Notes: generated by a model not told the origin, from the sequence alone. 63,894 nt of DNA, filler included, from Trichomonas gallinae (GCA_008369845.1; 4 parts of 4 records of this genome joined end to end with filler, not necessarily neighbours in it); one strand, 5' to 3'. Positions 42,689 to 54,033 are shown, counted from the whole stretch's first letter. Numbers and translations are program-made.

Positions 42689-44899
42689 TTGCAAATTGCT
42701 TTACCAGTGACTAGCTCAGAGTATCTCGCGATTCAGCACAGAATCGAGCTGGAAATCGCAGACAAGCCACAGTTTCTGAAATCCATGGTTGTAACTGATG
42801 ATCCTGCCATGGAAACGGATGATATCAAAGCAAGTCTTGCGCAAGAGATTCCAAAAATCATCGTTTACCGCACATTCGTTGGAAGAGACTACGTGTTCCA
42901 ATTTTTGGACCATTTTAAGCAGATGCAAGAAAATAAGCAAAATTTCGAATTATTCGATATATTAGAATCAATATTTTGCATGCCTAACGATCCTGACTTC
43001 ATCTACATTGAAGTATCAGACTCTTATAAGCTGCAAACGTTTTTTCCAGATATAATTTTTCAAAGAGTTCAAATTATAGATTTTATCAAACAATTTTGCA
43101 ACTTTGGTAAGATTCGCGGTAAAAGATACAGAGACCAGCAATTTGTTCGCTTTACAATGCCTCCTTTCCAGAATGAACCGGCGCAATTATTAGATCTCGA
43201 TTTATATCGTTGCAAAGCAATAATAAAGCATCGTGCTTCAATACAAGTTAAAAACAGCGAAGGAGAAATAGAAAGAATTACTTTATCTCAGTTAAAAGAA
43301 AATCCAAATTATAAACTCAACGAAATTCTCGTCAAAACCTCTTATACTGGAACCCCAACGCAAGGATATGAGTATAGAGGTCTAAAATTCGTCGGAAACT
43401 ATCAAATTCAGCAAGTTAATTTAAGATTACTTAAAACATGGAGCGCGAATCTTACAAATGAAGAAATGGATTCACTTATGGATAATTTACCGTCTAAATA
43501 CAGTAGATTTGAACAAAGTTCTTCAATTACCGATTTAAAGATTCCATTTATTCCAAAAATCGTTTTCAAGAAACCAGAAGTCGAAAACAAGCTGGTGAAG
43601 GCTCCAAAGCCAGCGCAAAGACCTCAAGTTGATTCGTTTGCTGTTCATCATGCAAAGATTAATTCGATTGTTGAGGCATTTAAATTCGATGATGACATTT
43701 TCAACATAGAATCATCACTTTCGAATGCTACTGATTCATTTTTGGATGCATCTCTAGCAAGATGCCAAAAACAACTCGAATTATTGAAAGAATACGTTAA
43801 AAAGATTCATGGATTCAAATCTACCATGCCATCACGAACCCACAACACTGTTTCTAAAGAAACCCGCCACAAAATCTTGGCAATTATTGAATCTCAAATT
43901 TCGAAAAATAATGCACTGCAAAAACGAGTTATCAGCCTCATAAACACTATCAAGGCTGAAATAGAAAAGTCTGAGAGTTCACAGAAAATCTCACAATTCG
44001 TTGTTGACTCAGATATCTTTTCTGATTCCGATATTGTCGAAAATACGAAGATTAAATCACAACCAAAGCCAAAGATAGAGATAAAGCAGCAGAAATCACC
44101 ACCTAAACCTACTCCAGAGCCAGAAAAGCCTCCACAACAAGAAATTAACGCGACATTAAATCCGATTCAGCAAAACGCAGTTAAAAACACTTTCCATGAG
44201 TCCCAATCATTGATTACTGCTGATGTGAATCAGACCAGGAGACTTGTAGATACTCTTGTTCAAAATATAAGATCACGATTTCCATATATAAATCCTAATG
44301 AAACGCAAATACTCAACGCTATCATTGGTGAATTCTACAAGTCGTTTGAACCAGCATTACACAGAATTCTTCAAGATCATCTTACAGTTTCAGAAAAAGG
44401 ATTAGAAAACATTAGAAATACGACTTATCAACCGAAAGATAAAGTTATTATTGATAAAATGACAGACGTTGTCGGTAGAATCATTGGCCAAATCGATGAA
44501 AATCATTCAATTGTAGAAATTCAGTCTCAAATAGTTACTACTGATGAAGAGAATATTGGATCAACGCTTCCTTCCAATTATATTTGCAAACAATTTGATG
44601 TTTACGAAATCGTAAAATATCAAGGAAATTATGCATTAGTTTTGTCATCAAGTGGTACTAAGCATGCCATTTTGACTGAGAATAACTACATTTTACAAGC
44701 TGAGATGAATGAATTAGAAAGACCAATATTTACCAGCAGAGTTTATGATGCAAACAAAAGGAGAGTGCTTCCTGGTGACGCAGTTGGCTATGCATTTGTT
44801 CTTAATGTTACAGAAAAATATGCATTTTTATATAGTCCAAGGAGTAATTTAATACAAGCGATTTTGGGATCCAGGTTAAAGATCAATCCACCAAAATAG
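42689..44899 (+). CDS. Divergent Spt5-like (NGN + KOW) protein; start codon unresolved
   Basis: NGN-like SIFC...DFIYIE, KOW1-like FVRF..PFQNEPAQLLD...AIIK and C-terminal KOW-like FDVYEIV...YDANKRRVLPGDAV. The first in-frame ATG is at 42785. Confidence 0.6.
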   Translation: MQIALPVTSSEYLAIQHRIELEIADKPQFLKSMVVTDDPAMETDDIKASLAQEIPKIIVYRTFVGRDYVFQFLDHFKQMQENKQNFELFDILESIFCMPNDPDFIYIEVSDSYKLQTFFPDIIFQRVQIIDFIKQFCNFGKIRGKRYRDQQFVRFTMPPFQNEPAQLLDLDLYRCKAIIKHRASIQVKNSEGEIERITLSQLKENPNYKLNEILVKTSYTGTPTQGYEYRGLKFVGNYQIQQVNLRLLKTWSANLTNEEMDSLMDNLPSKYSRFEQSSSITDLKIPFIPKIVFKKPEVENKLVKAPKPAQRPQVDSFAVHHAKINSIVEAFKFDDDIFNIESSLSNATDSFLDASLARCQKQLELLKEYVKKIHGFKSTMPSRTHNTVSKETRHKILAIIESQISKNNALQKRVISLINTIKAEIEKSESSQKISQFVVDSDIFSDSDIVENTKIKSQPKPKIEIKQQKSPPKPTPEPEKPPQQEINATLNPIQQNAVKNTFHESQSLITADVNQTRRLVDTLVQNIRSRFPYINPNETQILNAIIGEFYKSFEPALHRILQDHLTVSEKGLENIRNTTYQPKDKVIIDKMTDVVGRIIGQIDENHSIVEIQSQIVTTDEENIGSTLPSNYICKQFDVYEIVKYQGNYALVLSSSGTKHAILTENNYILQAEMNELERPIFTSRVYDANKRRVLPGDAVGYAFVLNVTEKYAFLYSPRSNLIQAILGSRLKINPPK

Positions 44900-45089
44900 G
44901 TCATTAGTTATTGTTTGTTAAAATATTATGTAAATTATATTATTTTGAATAATTGTAAAAATAAAACATGAATTTCTAAATCTAAACTACGAATTCCTTT
45001 CACTCTAAGGGAAATTTCTTATCCACACATTGTTAACGAGATAATCATATATGAAAATCATTAAAATCAAAAATGTCAAAAATTTGTTT

Positions 45090-45200
45090 TGTAAAGTGTC
45101 AAAATACTGATTTCTGAATTTATGTCAAATATTATTGTAAAATGTCAAAAATGAAAACTCAATTTTTGTCAAAAGTCAATTTTTTTGTAAAGCGTCAAAA
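45090..45200 (+). promoter_or_regulatory. Three TGTAAAR(T/C)GTCAAAA motifs upstream of the metacaspase gene
   Basis: At 45090, 45136 and 45186. They are the reverse complement of the 37704 array core. Confidence 0.55.
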
Positions 45201-45294
45201 TATACAAGATGTCAGTTTTTATTAAAAAGGTTCTAATTAAGGTTCTATAAAATTAAGGTTATCAAAATTTTGTAAACTATTCAACAAAAATCTT

Positions 45295-46146
45295 ATGTCA
45301 GATAATAAAAAAATGGATGAATCGAAAAAACTATTAACGGAGGCACTTATTGATCTCAATTCTATATCAACAGACATCTCAGCAGTTGAACTAGAAGAAG
45401 CTATACAAGGAGAATCAAGAATTTGCTTCATTTGCTGCAATTCATATGAAAAAGAACAATATTACTTAGGACCAGCACCAATTAATGATTCGATAACTGT
45501 TGCAAATTTTCATCTGAATCTGAAATACAAAATCATTCATCTCCATAATCCACCACCGCGACTTTTTCTAACTACATTTGACAGATTACTTGCAGAAGAC
45601 CTAGAATACTTGACAGTTTTCTTTTGTGGGCATGGATCTGTTAAAGATAACGAAGGAATTATCGTTTTTGATACAGGTTATATAAGATCTGGAACAATAA
45701 CTAAACATTTAAACTTACTCGGCAAAGAAAGCTGCTGCAAACTGATAGTGTCAGATTGTTGCGGTGCTGAATCAGTATGGTGTGCTGGATCATTACCTAA
45801 AAATACGATTTCTTTGTGTTCTTCACCAGGTTTGAAGCCTTCACTTCAGGCTAATATACGTGGAAAGGCACAAGGACTCTTTACTTACTTCTTTTGGAAA
45901 AATGCAACAAAATTCTCATCTTTACCTTTAGCTGTCTTGATTCAATCAACAAATCAAAGACTAATGAAATTCGGGCAGATGATAAAATGTGAAGCTAACC
46001 CAGAAGATTTCATAGATCAACGACTATTACCGAAATTACAAGGAAATATTGATCTTGTTGAGATATTCAAGCAAATCAAGCAGAAAAAGAAGTTCCAGCA
46101 GACATATTCCGAAGAACATCTAGCTAAAAACACAAAATTCTTTTAG
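45295..46146 (+). CDS. Metacaspase-like cysteine peptidase (clan CD, C14)
   Basis: LGPAPIND, FFCGHG (catalytic His), IVSDCC (catalytic Cys) and QGLFTY. Confidence 0.88.
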   Translation: MSDNKKMDESKKLLTEALIDLNSISTDISAVELEEAIQGESRICFICCNSYEKEQYYLGPAPINDSITVANFHLNLKYKIIHLHNPPPRLFLTTFDRLLAEDLEYLTVFFCGHGSVKDNEGIIVFDTGYIRSGTITKHLNLLGKESCCKLIVSDCCGAESVWCAGSLPKNTISLCSSPGLKPSLQANIRGKAQGLFTYFFWKNATKFSSLPLAVLIQSTNQRLMKFGQMIKCEANPEDFIDQRLLPKLQGNIDLVEIFKQIKQKKKFQQTYSEEHLAKNTKFF

Positions 46147-46603
46147 AATTTTGAATATTATGTAAAAATTATATTATCTTTTCAATTTATCAATTATCTT
46201 TCATAAATAGAATCTTATTGGGCTGAAAATAGTTGTATCATGTGATTTTTCTTCAATATACAATTTTTTGTAAATTTCAGATGAAATATTGCATGATTCC
46301 GAAATACTTCATATGCATCAAAAGAGGAAATAAAAAATTCGTCAATTTCAGTTTGAATGCAGCTGTAATAGTGCATATATCCTGAATGATTTTGATATTG
46401 AAATGAAAAACGAAAATTTGCAATCTTTAATCAATATTAAGACCAGGATCATGATCTATACCAAGTTAATAACGATTGGAATCTTTTCTTCATGTTAGAT
46501 TTCTTATGATATTTTTTTCATATGAAATTTCCATTTTCACCACAGTTTTGTAGTAGGCCTTATTGGAGAGGATGGATCTAGTAAAACTCATATTGTCAGC
46601 AAG

Positions 46604-46780
46604 AACACAAATCCACTTGATTCTCATGTTTACATAAGCAAAAAAAAACTCTCATTTTAAATCTTGTTCTGTTTGTTATGATATGTTTACTTTATATAAA
46701 TGAATATAGTTTTCTTCTATTGATGCAATCGTATGAAGAAAACACAAGTCCACTTGATTCTCATGTATACATAAACAAAA
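46604..46780. repeat. 40-bp direct repeat pair (46604-46643, 46741-46780)
   Basis: AACACAARTCCACTTGATTCTCATGTWTACATAARCAAAA, 37/40 identical. Confidence 0.8.
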
Positions 46781-46836
46781 TACTGCTTTAATAAATATTT
46801 TAGGATAATATTACAAATCATTTTATTCGAATCAAC

Positions 46837-48276
46837 TTATTTCTGTGCAAAATACGGTGTGAATCTTGTGTCGAAGTTTTCATATCCATAGACGAGCGGC
46901 GCCCACAAAATGAATATAAATGTTGACGCTAGAATCAGGAACGCGGTTAAGAAACCCGATACCTGCTCCGAGAACTCTGTATCAAGAGAAAGCGCAAGGC
47001 CCCAAATTCCGAAGAGAACTGGAACCTGATAATCAGGAAATCCGCGTTCGCTCGTTTTGAAGAGGAAAACGCATAATGTCATGAAGTACCCGCAGTACAT
47101 GAACGAAGACTGCTTCCTAATTCTCATCGCAAAGAACATATTCAAGATTTGGATAATCGACAAAAATGAAATTGCCCACCAAACTGGTAGATTGCCAAAC
47201 ACAGCAACTGTACGGCCAAGCTGCGTCCAGAGAATCTTCCACGAGCAAAGCATTGGCGGCCATGATAAGAAATTAACAAAATTAGATCTGCGTATATGAA
47301 GTCTGATGGATTTATAGATAATTTCTAGCGCAAAAATAGGCACTTGAAGGTGATTGATATGCAGAGCAGCACTAGGAGCGGAAAGAGACTTCTGGTATTT
47401 AATTGATAATCCGATTGACTGCGGAGATTCTCTTGGAAGTAAAATAACATGAATCATGTATGTTATGTATAGTATAATAAACGATGATATGAGTGTTGTG
47501 AAGATTGGCTTGACTTTTTTAAATGTGAAATAATTATAAAAAATAACGAAAGCTAGAACAGCGATGCAGTTCCAGTCTGATGCAAAAGCAAGTCCGACGA
47601 ATGCTGACTGTGCAATATAGCAAATATAATATGATGTTGATTCGTATTCGAAATGTTTCATGAAAGCTGTAGCGAAAATGGCCATTCCAACGAATAATTG
47701 GATGAATCCATCAGTAGTAATATTTCTGGCTAAGCCAACAAGCAAGAAATCGAACATTGTGAATAATCCAGCTGCAAATGATGTGATTGTGCTTCCGCCG
47801 AGTAATCTGACGATGAAAAACGAGAGAGGTATAACTATGGCAGAGAAAAATGCCGATGGACTGCGTAATGCTACATATTCCATGTTAGGAAATGTAAAAT
47901 TATCTTCATGATAAGGTGGTTTGTATCCTCCTTTGTATTGCGAGAACGCTGATATGCCAGCAAGCATGATTTCGCTCATTGGAGGCTGAGAGGGGAAAAA
48001 GAAAGAGCCATTAAGATACGAATTTATGTATTGAACGTGTTTTTCTTCATTCAGAGTAAAATGACGTGGATATTGTATGATCCAGAACCTGCAGAAGATG
48101 CCAACCATTACCAAAACGAATAAGCAAAAAGCATCATATCCATTCCAGTTCAAAAAGTCTTTTTCTTCTTCATCTATTTGAACTTCTGCGATGATTTCTG
48201 GCTTCTTTTCAACCTCAACGTTCTGTGGTTGCGAAGTTTCGGGTAAATCTAATTTAACGGGCTCATCTTTTCTCAT
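46837..48276 (-). CDS. Dolichyl-phosphate-sugar:protein O-glycosyltransferase (PMT/GT39-like, no MIR domain)
   Basis: RFW.I.YP..F..NE, YLNGSFFF..QPP, LRSPSA, SWP, FGNLPVWW and WAPLVYG motifs. ATG at 48276. Confidence 0.85.
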   Translation of the reverse strand: MRKDEPVKLDLPETSQPQNVEVEKKPEIIAEVQIDEEEKDFLNWNGYDAFCLFVLVMVGIFCRFWIIQYPRHFTLNEEKHVQYINSYLNGSFFFPSQPPMSEIMLAGISAFSQYKGGYKPPYHEDNFTFPNMEYVALRSPSAFFSAIVIPLSFFIVRLLGGSTITSFAAGLFTMFDFLLVGLARNITTDGFIQLFVGMAIFATAFMKHFEYESTSYYICYIAQSAFVGLAFASDWNCIAVLAFVIFYNYFTFKKVKPIFTTLISSFIILYITYMIHVILLPRESPQSIGLSIKYQKSLSAPSAALHINHLQVPIFALEIIYKSIRLHIRRSNFVNFLSWPPMLCSWKILWTQLGRTVAVFGNLPVWWAISFLSIIQILNMFFAMRIRKQSSFMYCGYFMTLCVFLFKTSERGFPDYQVPVLFGIWGLALSLDTEFSEQVSGFLTAFLILASTFIFILWAPLVYGYENFDTRFTPYFAQK

Positions 48277-48303
48277 CTTATAATTTTTTTGATATTTTGA
48301 CAA

Positions 48304-48372
48304 TTTACATATCAAATATTATTTACATGTCAAATAATATTTACATGACAAATATATATTTACACGACAAAT
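48304..48372. promoter_or_regulatory. Four tandem TTTACAYRWCAAAT motifs in a divergent promoter
   Basis: Starts at 48304, 48322, 48340 and 48359 (18-19 bp spacing), between two head-to-head genes. Confidence 0.65.
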
Positions 48373-48383
48373 TTAAATAACAA

Positions 48384-49679
48384 ATGATTTCGACTCAAAA
48401 ACTATATAGGACAATATATTATTTTGGGTATAATAAACAAGTTGTCAAAATGGTTAATGAAAGTAATAACGTCGAGATCGAAATCAACACAGATAAAGCC
48501 AATGAAAATAATAAAATCGATATCGAAACCACTAAAAACAAATCTAATAATGATGACAAAGTTGAAATAGAAACATATGAATATAAAGTTAATGAAAATG
48601 ATATTTTCTTTGCATTAATAAAAATTCCATTCGAAATTAACGAAATTATCATTAATAAAGTTAGTTATTTACTTCATTTATCGACATTTAAATACATTTC
48701 CGAACTTGAAAATGGTCAACAATGGATTAATTTAGACTCAAATAATGAAAATTACGTCAAATCACTATTAAATCTCCTGTCAATACCACAAGTCAAAGAA
48801 TATATACAATTTCAGCCGCCAACAGAACCATATGCGCATGATTTCATTGAACTAATATTAACTTTCAATTATAACACAATCAAAGACTATATTTCATTAA
48901 GCAATAAATGGATAAACTACTTTATCACACTTATTGAAGATGCAAAACCTGATGATGATGTAACAATGGATGAGTTTATTAAAGGCAAACCAGATATTCC
49001 ATTTAAATTTAAGTTATTCACAAAAATTGCAATTGAGCGATTTTTAGTTAAAATTCGAGATATTGGATATTTTGGACAGTACACATCGGCGCTATATCTT
49101 TACAACGAAGTAGTATGCTCAAAATATCCAGACTTTCGGGCAAATTTATTATATTATCCTCTTTCGATTCCTATCAATCCAAAGAATAGCAAAATTGTTG
49201 ATCCTATTAACATAAAACCAATACAGGACTTGTTATTTCAAGGATACACAAAAATTTTGTTATATTCATATATTAACGAATACCATTCAGCTTTCATGAA
49301 CTTAATCGACAAATTTCCTGAATCTGAATTATTTAAAACAGAAATAGACGATTTAATTGCACATTTAAAGAAAAGATTAGAAAATATATTTTATTCCGAA
49401 GAATATCTTGTCGGATACTTTACATTATTCGTTAAATACATCCCAGACTACTTCCTTGGATTGACTGAGGAAACAGAGCAAAAATTAAGTGTTTCATTGA
49501 AAATATCTGTAGAATTCATCAGGAAATTAGGTGCTGATACGATAGATGAAGAAGACCATCCTGAAATATTTAAAAATGCAGAATATCCAATTTCAGAATA
49601 TTATAGACAAAACGTTGGATACACATACCATACTCCTTTGAAGTTTAATGTTGACCAAAATATACCAGATTTTGAATAA
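48384..49679 (+). CDS. Hypothetical protein (start may be 48450)
   Basis: 431-aa ORF with short N-terminal VEIE/IDIE repeats. Confidence 0.75.
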   Translation: MISTQKLYRTIYYFGYNKQVVKMVNESNNVEIEINTDKANENNKIDIETTKNKSNNDDKVEIETYEYKVNENDIFFALIKIPFEINEIIINKVSYLLHLSTFKYISELENGQQWINLDSNNENYVKSLLNLLSIPQVKEYIQFQPPTEPYAHDFIELILTFNYNTIKDYISLSNKWINYFITLIEDAKPDDDVTMDEFIKGKPDIPFKFKLFTKIAIERFLVKIRDIGYFGQYTSALYLYNEVVCSKYPDFRANLLYYPLSIPINPKNSKIVDPINIKPIQDLLFQGYTKILLYSYINEYHSAFMNLIDKFPESELFKTEIDDLIAHLKKRLENIFYSEEYLVGYFTLFVKYIPDYFLGLTEETEQKLSVSLKISVEFIRKLGADTIDEEDHPEIFKNAEYPISEYYRQNVGYTYHTPLKFNVDQNIPDFE

Positions 49680-49784
49680 ATTTTTTGTTTGTTTTAGAGT
49701 TTTACATACCGTATGTAAATTTTTGGGTCATTTTTGAATCTGACGGTCATCTCTCAATTTTATTGCAGGGGTTGGCAAGCAATA

Positions 49785-49884
49785 NNNNNNNNNNNNNNNN
49801 NNNNNNNNNNNNNNNNNNNNNNNNNNNNTTAATTAATTAANNNNNNNNNNNNNNNNNNNNNNNNNNNNNNNNNNNNNNNNNNNN
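49785..49884. other. Assembly linker
   Basis: N44-TTAATTAATTAA-N44. Confidence 0.97.
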
Positions 49885-49977
49885 TTTCGAAATATTTATT
49901 CTATGGCTCAAAATTGTAAGCGCAAGTTCTAAAATTTAAAGCAGGGGCATTCAAAAAGTGAGTAAGTCGGTCGACCC
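49885..49977. mobile_element. Probable terminus of a second Kolobok-like element, cut by the gap
   Basis: Ends GACCC|TTAA like the 22415 MITE. Contains TTCAAAAAGTGAGT, the reverse complement of ACTCACTTTTTGAA inside that MITE. Confidence 0.5.
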
Positions 49978-50280
49978 TTAAAATTTTGATTTTTTTCTTC
50001 CTTCATTTTCATTTTAATTTTACAGGAAAAAGATCAATCCATTTATAATTTAAACATGGTAATGTTGTAGCATACAACAACATTAGTTGTATTATCGAAT
50101 TAAAAATCAATACATTCTATTATATAACAGGTAAAACGAAGATTAAAATCATCAACATTTAATATTATGTTATTTGCATAAAATATAAAGTTTATTGAGA
50201 AAATAACCGAATCAAGCAAATTTTAGAATTAATTAGTCTAAACAAACAATAATAAATTTGATAAAATCAAGTTCATGGAG

Positions 50281-50838
50281 TTAGTTAAATATCTCTTTCG
50301 GGATTTCATCGAAAAATGTTTCAACTGATTTGTATAGATGCAAATCCTTAGGTTGATCTTTTAAATTCAATCTGATATTTTGTTTGGGACTTAAATCGTT
50401 CAAGAAATCTGTATTTATATTAATTGCTCCAAAGCTTCTCCTTTCTCTGCATTCAAGCCAGCGATGGCGAGTTTCTAGCATTTTTGATTTATCCGCATAT
50501 TTTTCAAACACAATGATGTGTGACTGAGGCTGTACTTCGTATTCTTTTAGTTTCTTGGCATCGTACATTGTTCCATTCTTTGAAGCCAAATTGAAATTAG
50601 AAACATCTGTTTCTGTAAATTCGCCAATTCGCTTCCTGAGATCCTTTACTGTCTCATTCTCGTAATAATCCATCTCAAAACTAGGATTTCCGCACATATG
50701 AATGAAAATTTTTCCATTTGGCTTTCGATCAATTCGTTTTGGTGCTAAATCAGACTCATCTGAGCTGTAATAAGGCATATAGAACCTGTCTTCAAACTTT
50801 ATTAGCATAGTCTTTGTCTTATGAAGCATTGATTTCAT
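50281..50838 (-). CDS. Ubiquitin-like domain protein
   Basis: KIFIH....SFEMDY...ETVKDLRKRI......NFNL...GTMYDAKKLKEYEVQPQSHIIV. Confidence 0.78.
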   Translation of the reverse strand: MKSMLHKTKTMLIKFEDRFYMPYYSSDESDLAPKRIDRKPNGKIFIHMCGNPSFEMDYYENETVKDLRKRIGEFTETDVSNFNLASKNGTMYDAKKLKEYEVQPQSHIIVFEKYADKSKMLETRHRWLECRERRSFGAININTDFLNDLSPKQNIRLNLKDQPKDLHLYKSVETFFDEIPKEIFN

Positions 50839-51916
50839 TTTATTTTTTGAAAATTTTCAAATCTTATATTTTAGAATTATATCAACTGCACGTATCTGAA
50901 TAGATATTTCTCAATTTTTTGTAGATATCAAATAATGTTTTGAAAATTTTTTCAAAAGTTATTCAAAACTAAAACAAAGAGAAAATTTTATTCTTTAATT
51001 TTGTGAAAATATTATCCAATGCCTTGTAATGGGCGTATTATTTTGGTCCATTCAAATATTTGTATAAGATGAATTGAGAATGACTGTATTTGAAGAATAA
51101 AAATATTACAGAAATTTGACTAATGAGATATATTATTAAAAATGATACTTATTCGTTTTTTTTTTTTTTTTTTTTCATTTTTTCTTTTGGATTGTAATTG
51201 TTTATGGAGCGGTTTATTTGGGAAAATACATCATCATTATAATATACAGAAAGTATTATGTAGTCAATTACGAATGCCGAAATTCATAATCTCAAATAAA
51301 GTCAATCAAGTCAATGATGAGTTATAGCTCTTTTGTATGGACCAACATCAAAACTACTAATTTCCTTTTCTCCAAAATGCTCGAAAAAACAGCAGCTACA
51401 AGAATTCGCTTGACACTTTACAAAATATTTTGTTTTAGTATTAGGGGATATAACTAATTTATTCGATTATAAGAAGGCCGGGTTGAGAGAAGCTGCTTCA
51501 TTCTCGAATGAATATTATACGCTGCAACAATTTACCCAACATTTTGAGCTGCACACAAAAAGCTGCATATATTGCTAATATTCAATTGAAATATGATAAT
51601 CATATGTTGCGGAACTGAATTTCGAATATATATTTTTGATTCCTAATTTATATTTGGATTTTTAGATGCGAATAGTTGTGGTGCATACCAAATATATTTT
51701 AAAAACGCAGTTATTGAATCCATTTTCCACAAATATTGATTTCGAAGATAAGAAATTTTGTATTCTTGATTCAAAATGCAAAAAAATGAGATCTATGCAT
51801 CATAAAACTTCAGTAATTTGAATAATAAAAACGAAAAACAAAATTTATTTTGAATTAAAATAAAATGAACAAAATCCGGCTATTGAATTGATATAAACAA
51901 AGTATTGGAAGAGCAG

Positions 51917-52450
51917 TTAACAAAACATGAAAGTGAATGAGTAATTCGAATCATTTTCATTGAGATATATGTTCGGAGTTCGAGGAATTTTCAGTTGCAG
52001 GACATCAGAGTCGACAAATAAATTGTCACATGACTGTAATGGCGAGCTTGCTTCTTCTTCGTGTGATTTAAGTTGAATAGATTTCTCCTGGTTGCGATAT
52101 GCATCCTGTAATGCTTGGTGCATCTTTTTACACTCAAATGGTGTTCTTGGCGCCATCATTCTTGATATTTGCTTCCAATGTGGTCCGAATTCGTCAACAT
52201 TTTTCTTTAATTTCTCGATTTCTTCTGGAGACCAATGGTTTGGTTTGCTTTTAATGAGTTGTCTGTAATGATTCTGGCACTGAGTTGGCTTTTTTCCGAT
52301 TAATTTTGCGATTTCTGTCCAATTCATTTCAGGATGTTTTTCTTTGCATTCCAAAATGATGCGATCATCCTCTGGCGTAAATACACATATCCTATACTTG
52401 CGATGATGTGTTTCCTCAGGAAAATCTGAAGAGTCAGAATCATTCGACAT
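51917..52450 (-). CDS. Myb-like DNA-binding protein (two repeats)
   Basis: FTPEDDRII...NWTEIAKLI.KKPTQCQNHY and WSPEEIEKL...GPHWKQIS...RTPFECK. The likely ATG is 52450. Confidence 0.88.
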   Translation of the reverse strand: MSNDSDSSDFPEETHHRKYRICVFTPEDDRIILECKEKHPEMNWTEIAKLIGKKPTQCQNHYRQLIKSKPNHWSPEEIEKLKKNVDEFGPHWKQISRMMAPRTPFECKKMHQALQDAYRNQEKSIQLKSHEEEASSPLQSCDNLFVDSDVLQLKIPRTPNIYLNENDSNYSFTFMFC

Positions 52451-54033
52451 TTTGCGAAATTGAAATTCAAGTGTGAATTTTTTTCTTTCGAAAATCTGGT
52501 CTGTTATGTCTATAGATATGTTTTCGTCTAGACTAGATATAATTTTGAAAAGTTGTAAATTTTTGTGGAATATGATATATACCATGTAATAAGTCATTAT
52601 ATCGATTATAAAATTTGTGAGGTTACTTCACTTTGATGTTAAAATGCATGGATTGTTTCATAGATCTAAAATTAGTTTTATTGCATGGTCACAAAAATTC
52701 AATAAAACTATCTGCTTCTTTCAATTTTAAGTTCGGCAGAATTTTTGCATATGATATATGTGACTGTTGTTGAGTAGTATTTTGTCATAAAAAAAAAGGA
52801 TCGTTCTCCCTGCAAAAAATTTCATGCCCCTTTAATGGAAATTGGGAAAACATATTTAGTCTGGTGCATCTAGATTCTTCTTTGGATACTCGTACTTTTG
52901 ATGATTCTTGAATTACTGTGAAAATTTATTGACATATCGGATGGGTGGTAAATTATTTTTGTCGATAGAGGACTGAAATGTTGTGATTTATAATATATAC
53001 CGATAGCGTAATTATTTGATAAATCTGATCGATGCGATAATTATAAAAAAAATTGAAAATCGAAAATAAAATTATGAGATATTTCTTGCAACATAAACTA
53101 GGGATTCTGCTTATGTTGTCCTTATAGAATCTCGCTCGAAATTTGGTCTCGCTTGAAGTTTGGAAATAAACTGGCAAAATTTGACATGTATCAAGAAATT
53201 ACAAAGTAAGAGCTTGTATGCAATACTAATGATGAGCATTCCCAAATTCAGTGTCTTAATGAGTGGATGCTGCATGATTTATGCAATTTTAATGTATTCT
53301 TGTATTTTTGAAAATTCAAAAGAAAACATCAATTATGTTTTGTTAAACTTGGTGTTTGAATTCTATTATGGATGTTAAATGATGTCAATGAAGTGATATG
53401 ATGAGAAGCATCGTCCTATCTTGATGCTTTGATGTATTATCTTATCATAGTAAAAGCACATGATTTTTTTGATACATCAAGTATAACTATATCTGGATGT
53501 TGTTATAATGATATAAGAGTTCTATTTCATCTTGTTGTAAACAAGAATCAATTATTTCGCTTATAATGAATCATCAATGTTTCAGAGAAATATGAAGCTT
53601 TTTAATTCATGTTATTAGCCATGAATTGAGATCTGGGTGCTGTTATAATGATATTCTTAAGTTTCTTGTTGCAGTGAACTAAACGTTTGATTCCAAAAAA
53701 GAAAGAATAAATTTTTGGAATAATGTTGAAAGCTCGAATATCGTGTTATAATGACTGAACTCATATAATAAAGCTAATTTCTATGAGTTTTGAATGAATC
53801 GAGTGTTTTGTGCATATTAAATGCATCTAAATTTGAAATATAATAAAATAATTCAAAAAATGATGAAAATCCATTTCTACGCTGTCATCTTGGAATATAT
53901 GACTCCAGTGGACTGAACAATATGTTTAAAATACTCCTAAGCTTAATCGAATGTTAAATGAATTTTTGGAGGATAACAAAATCAAAAAATTAAAAAGTGT
54001 CGAAAAAGTGTCGAAAACTAAAAAGTGACATCT

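Noticed and set aside
1485..42700. A programmed frameshifting or editing system explaining the several 5' single-base lesions
   Set aside because: The lesions go in both directions (+1 and -1), mostly in homopolymers, and share no signal. Sequencing error or pseudogenisation is more parsimonious.
15447..49884. Palindromic TTAATTAATTAA inside three N-runs
   Set aside because: Identical 44+12+44 layout with stops in all frames marks it as an artificial contig linker.
53495..53760. Recurrent TGTTATAATGA words
   Set aside because: Four short AT-rich copies with irregular spacing, and no frame or boundary to support a feature.
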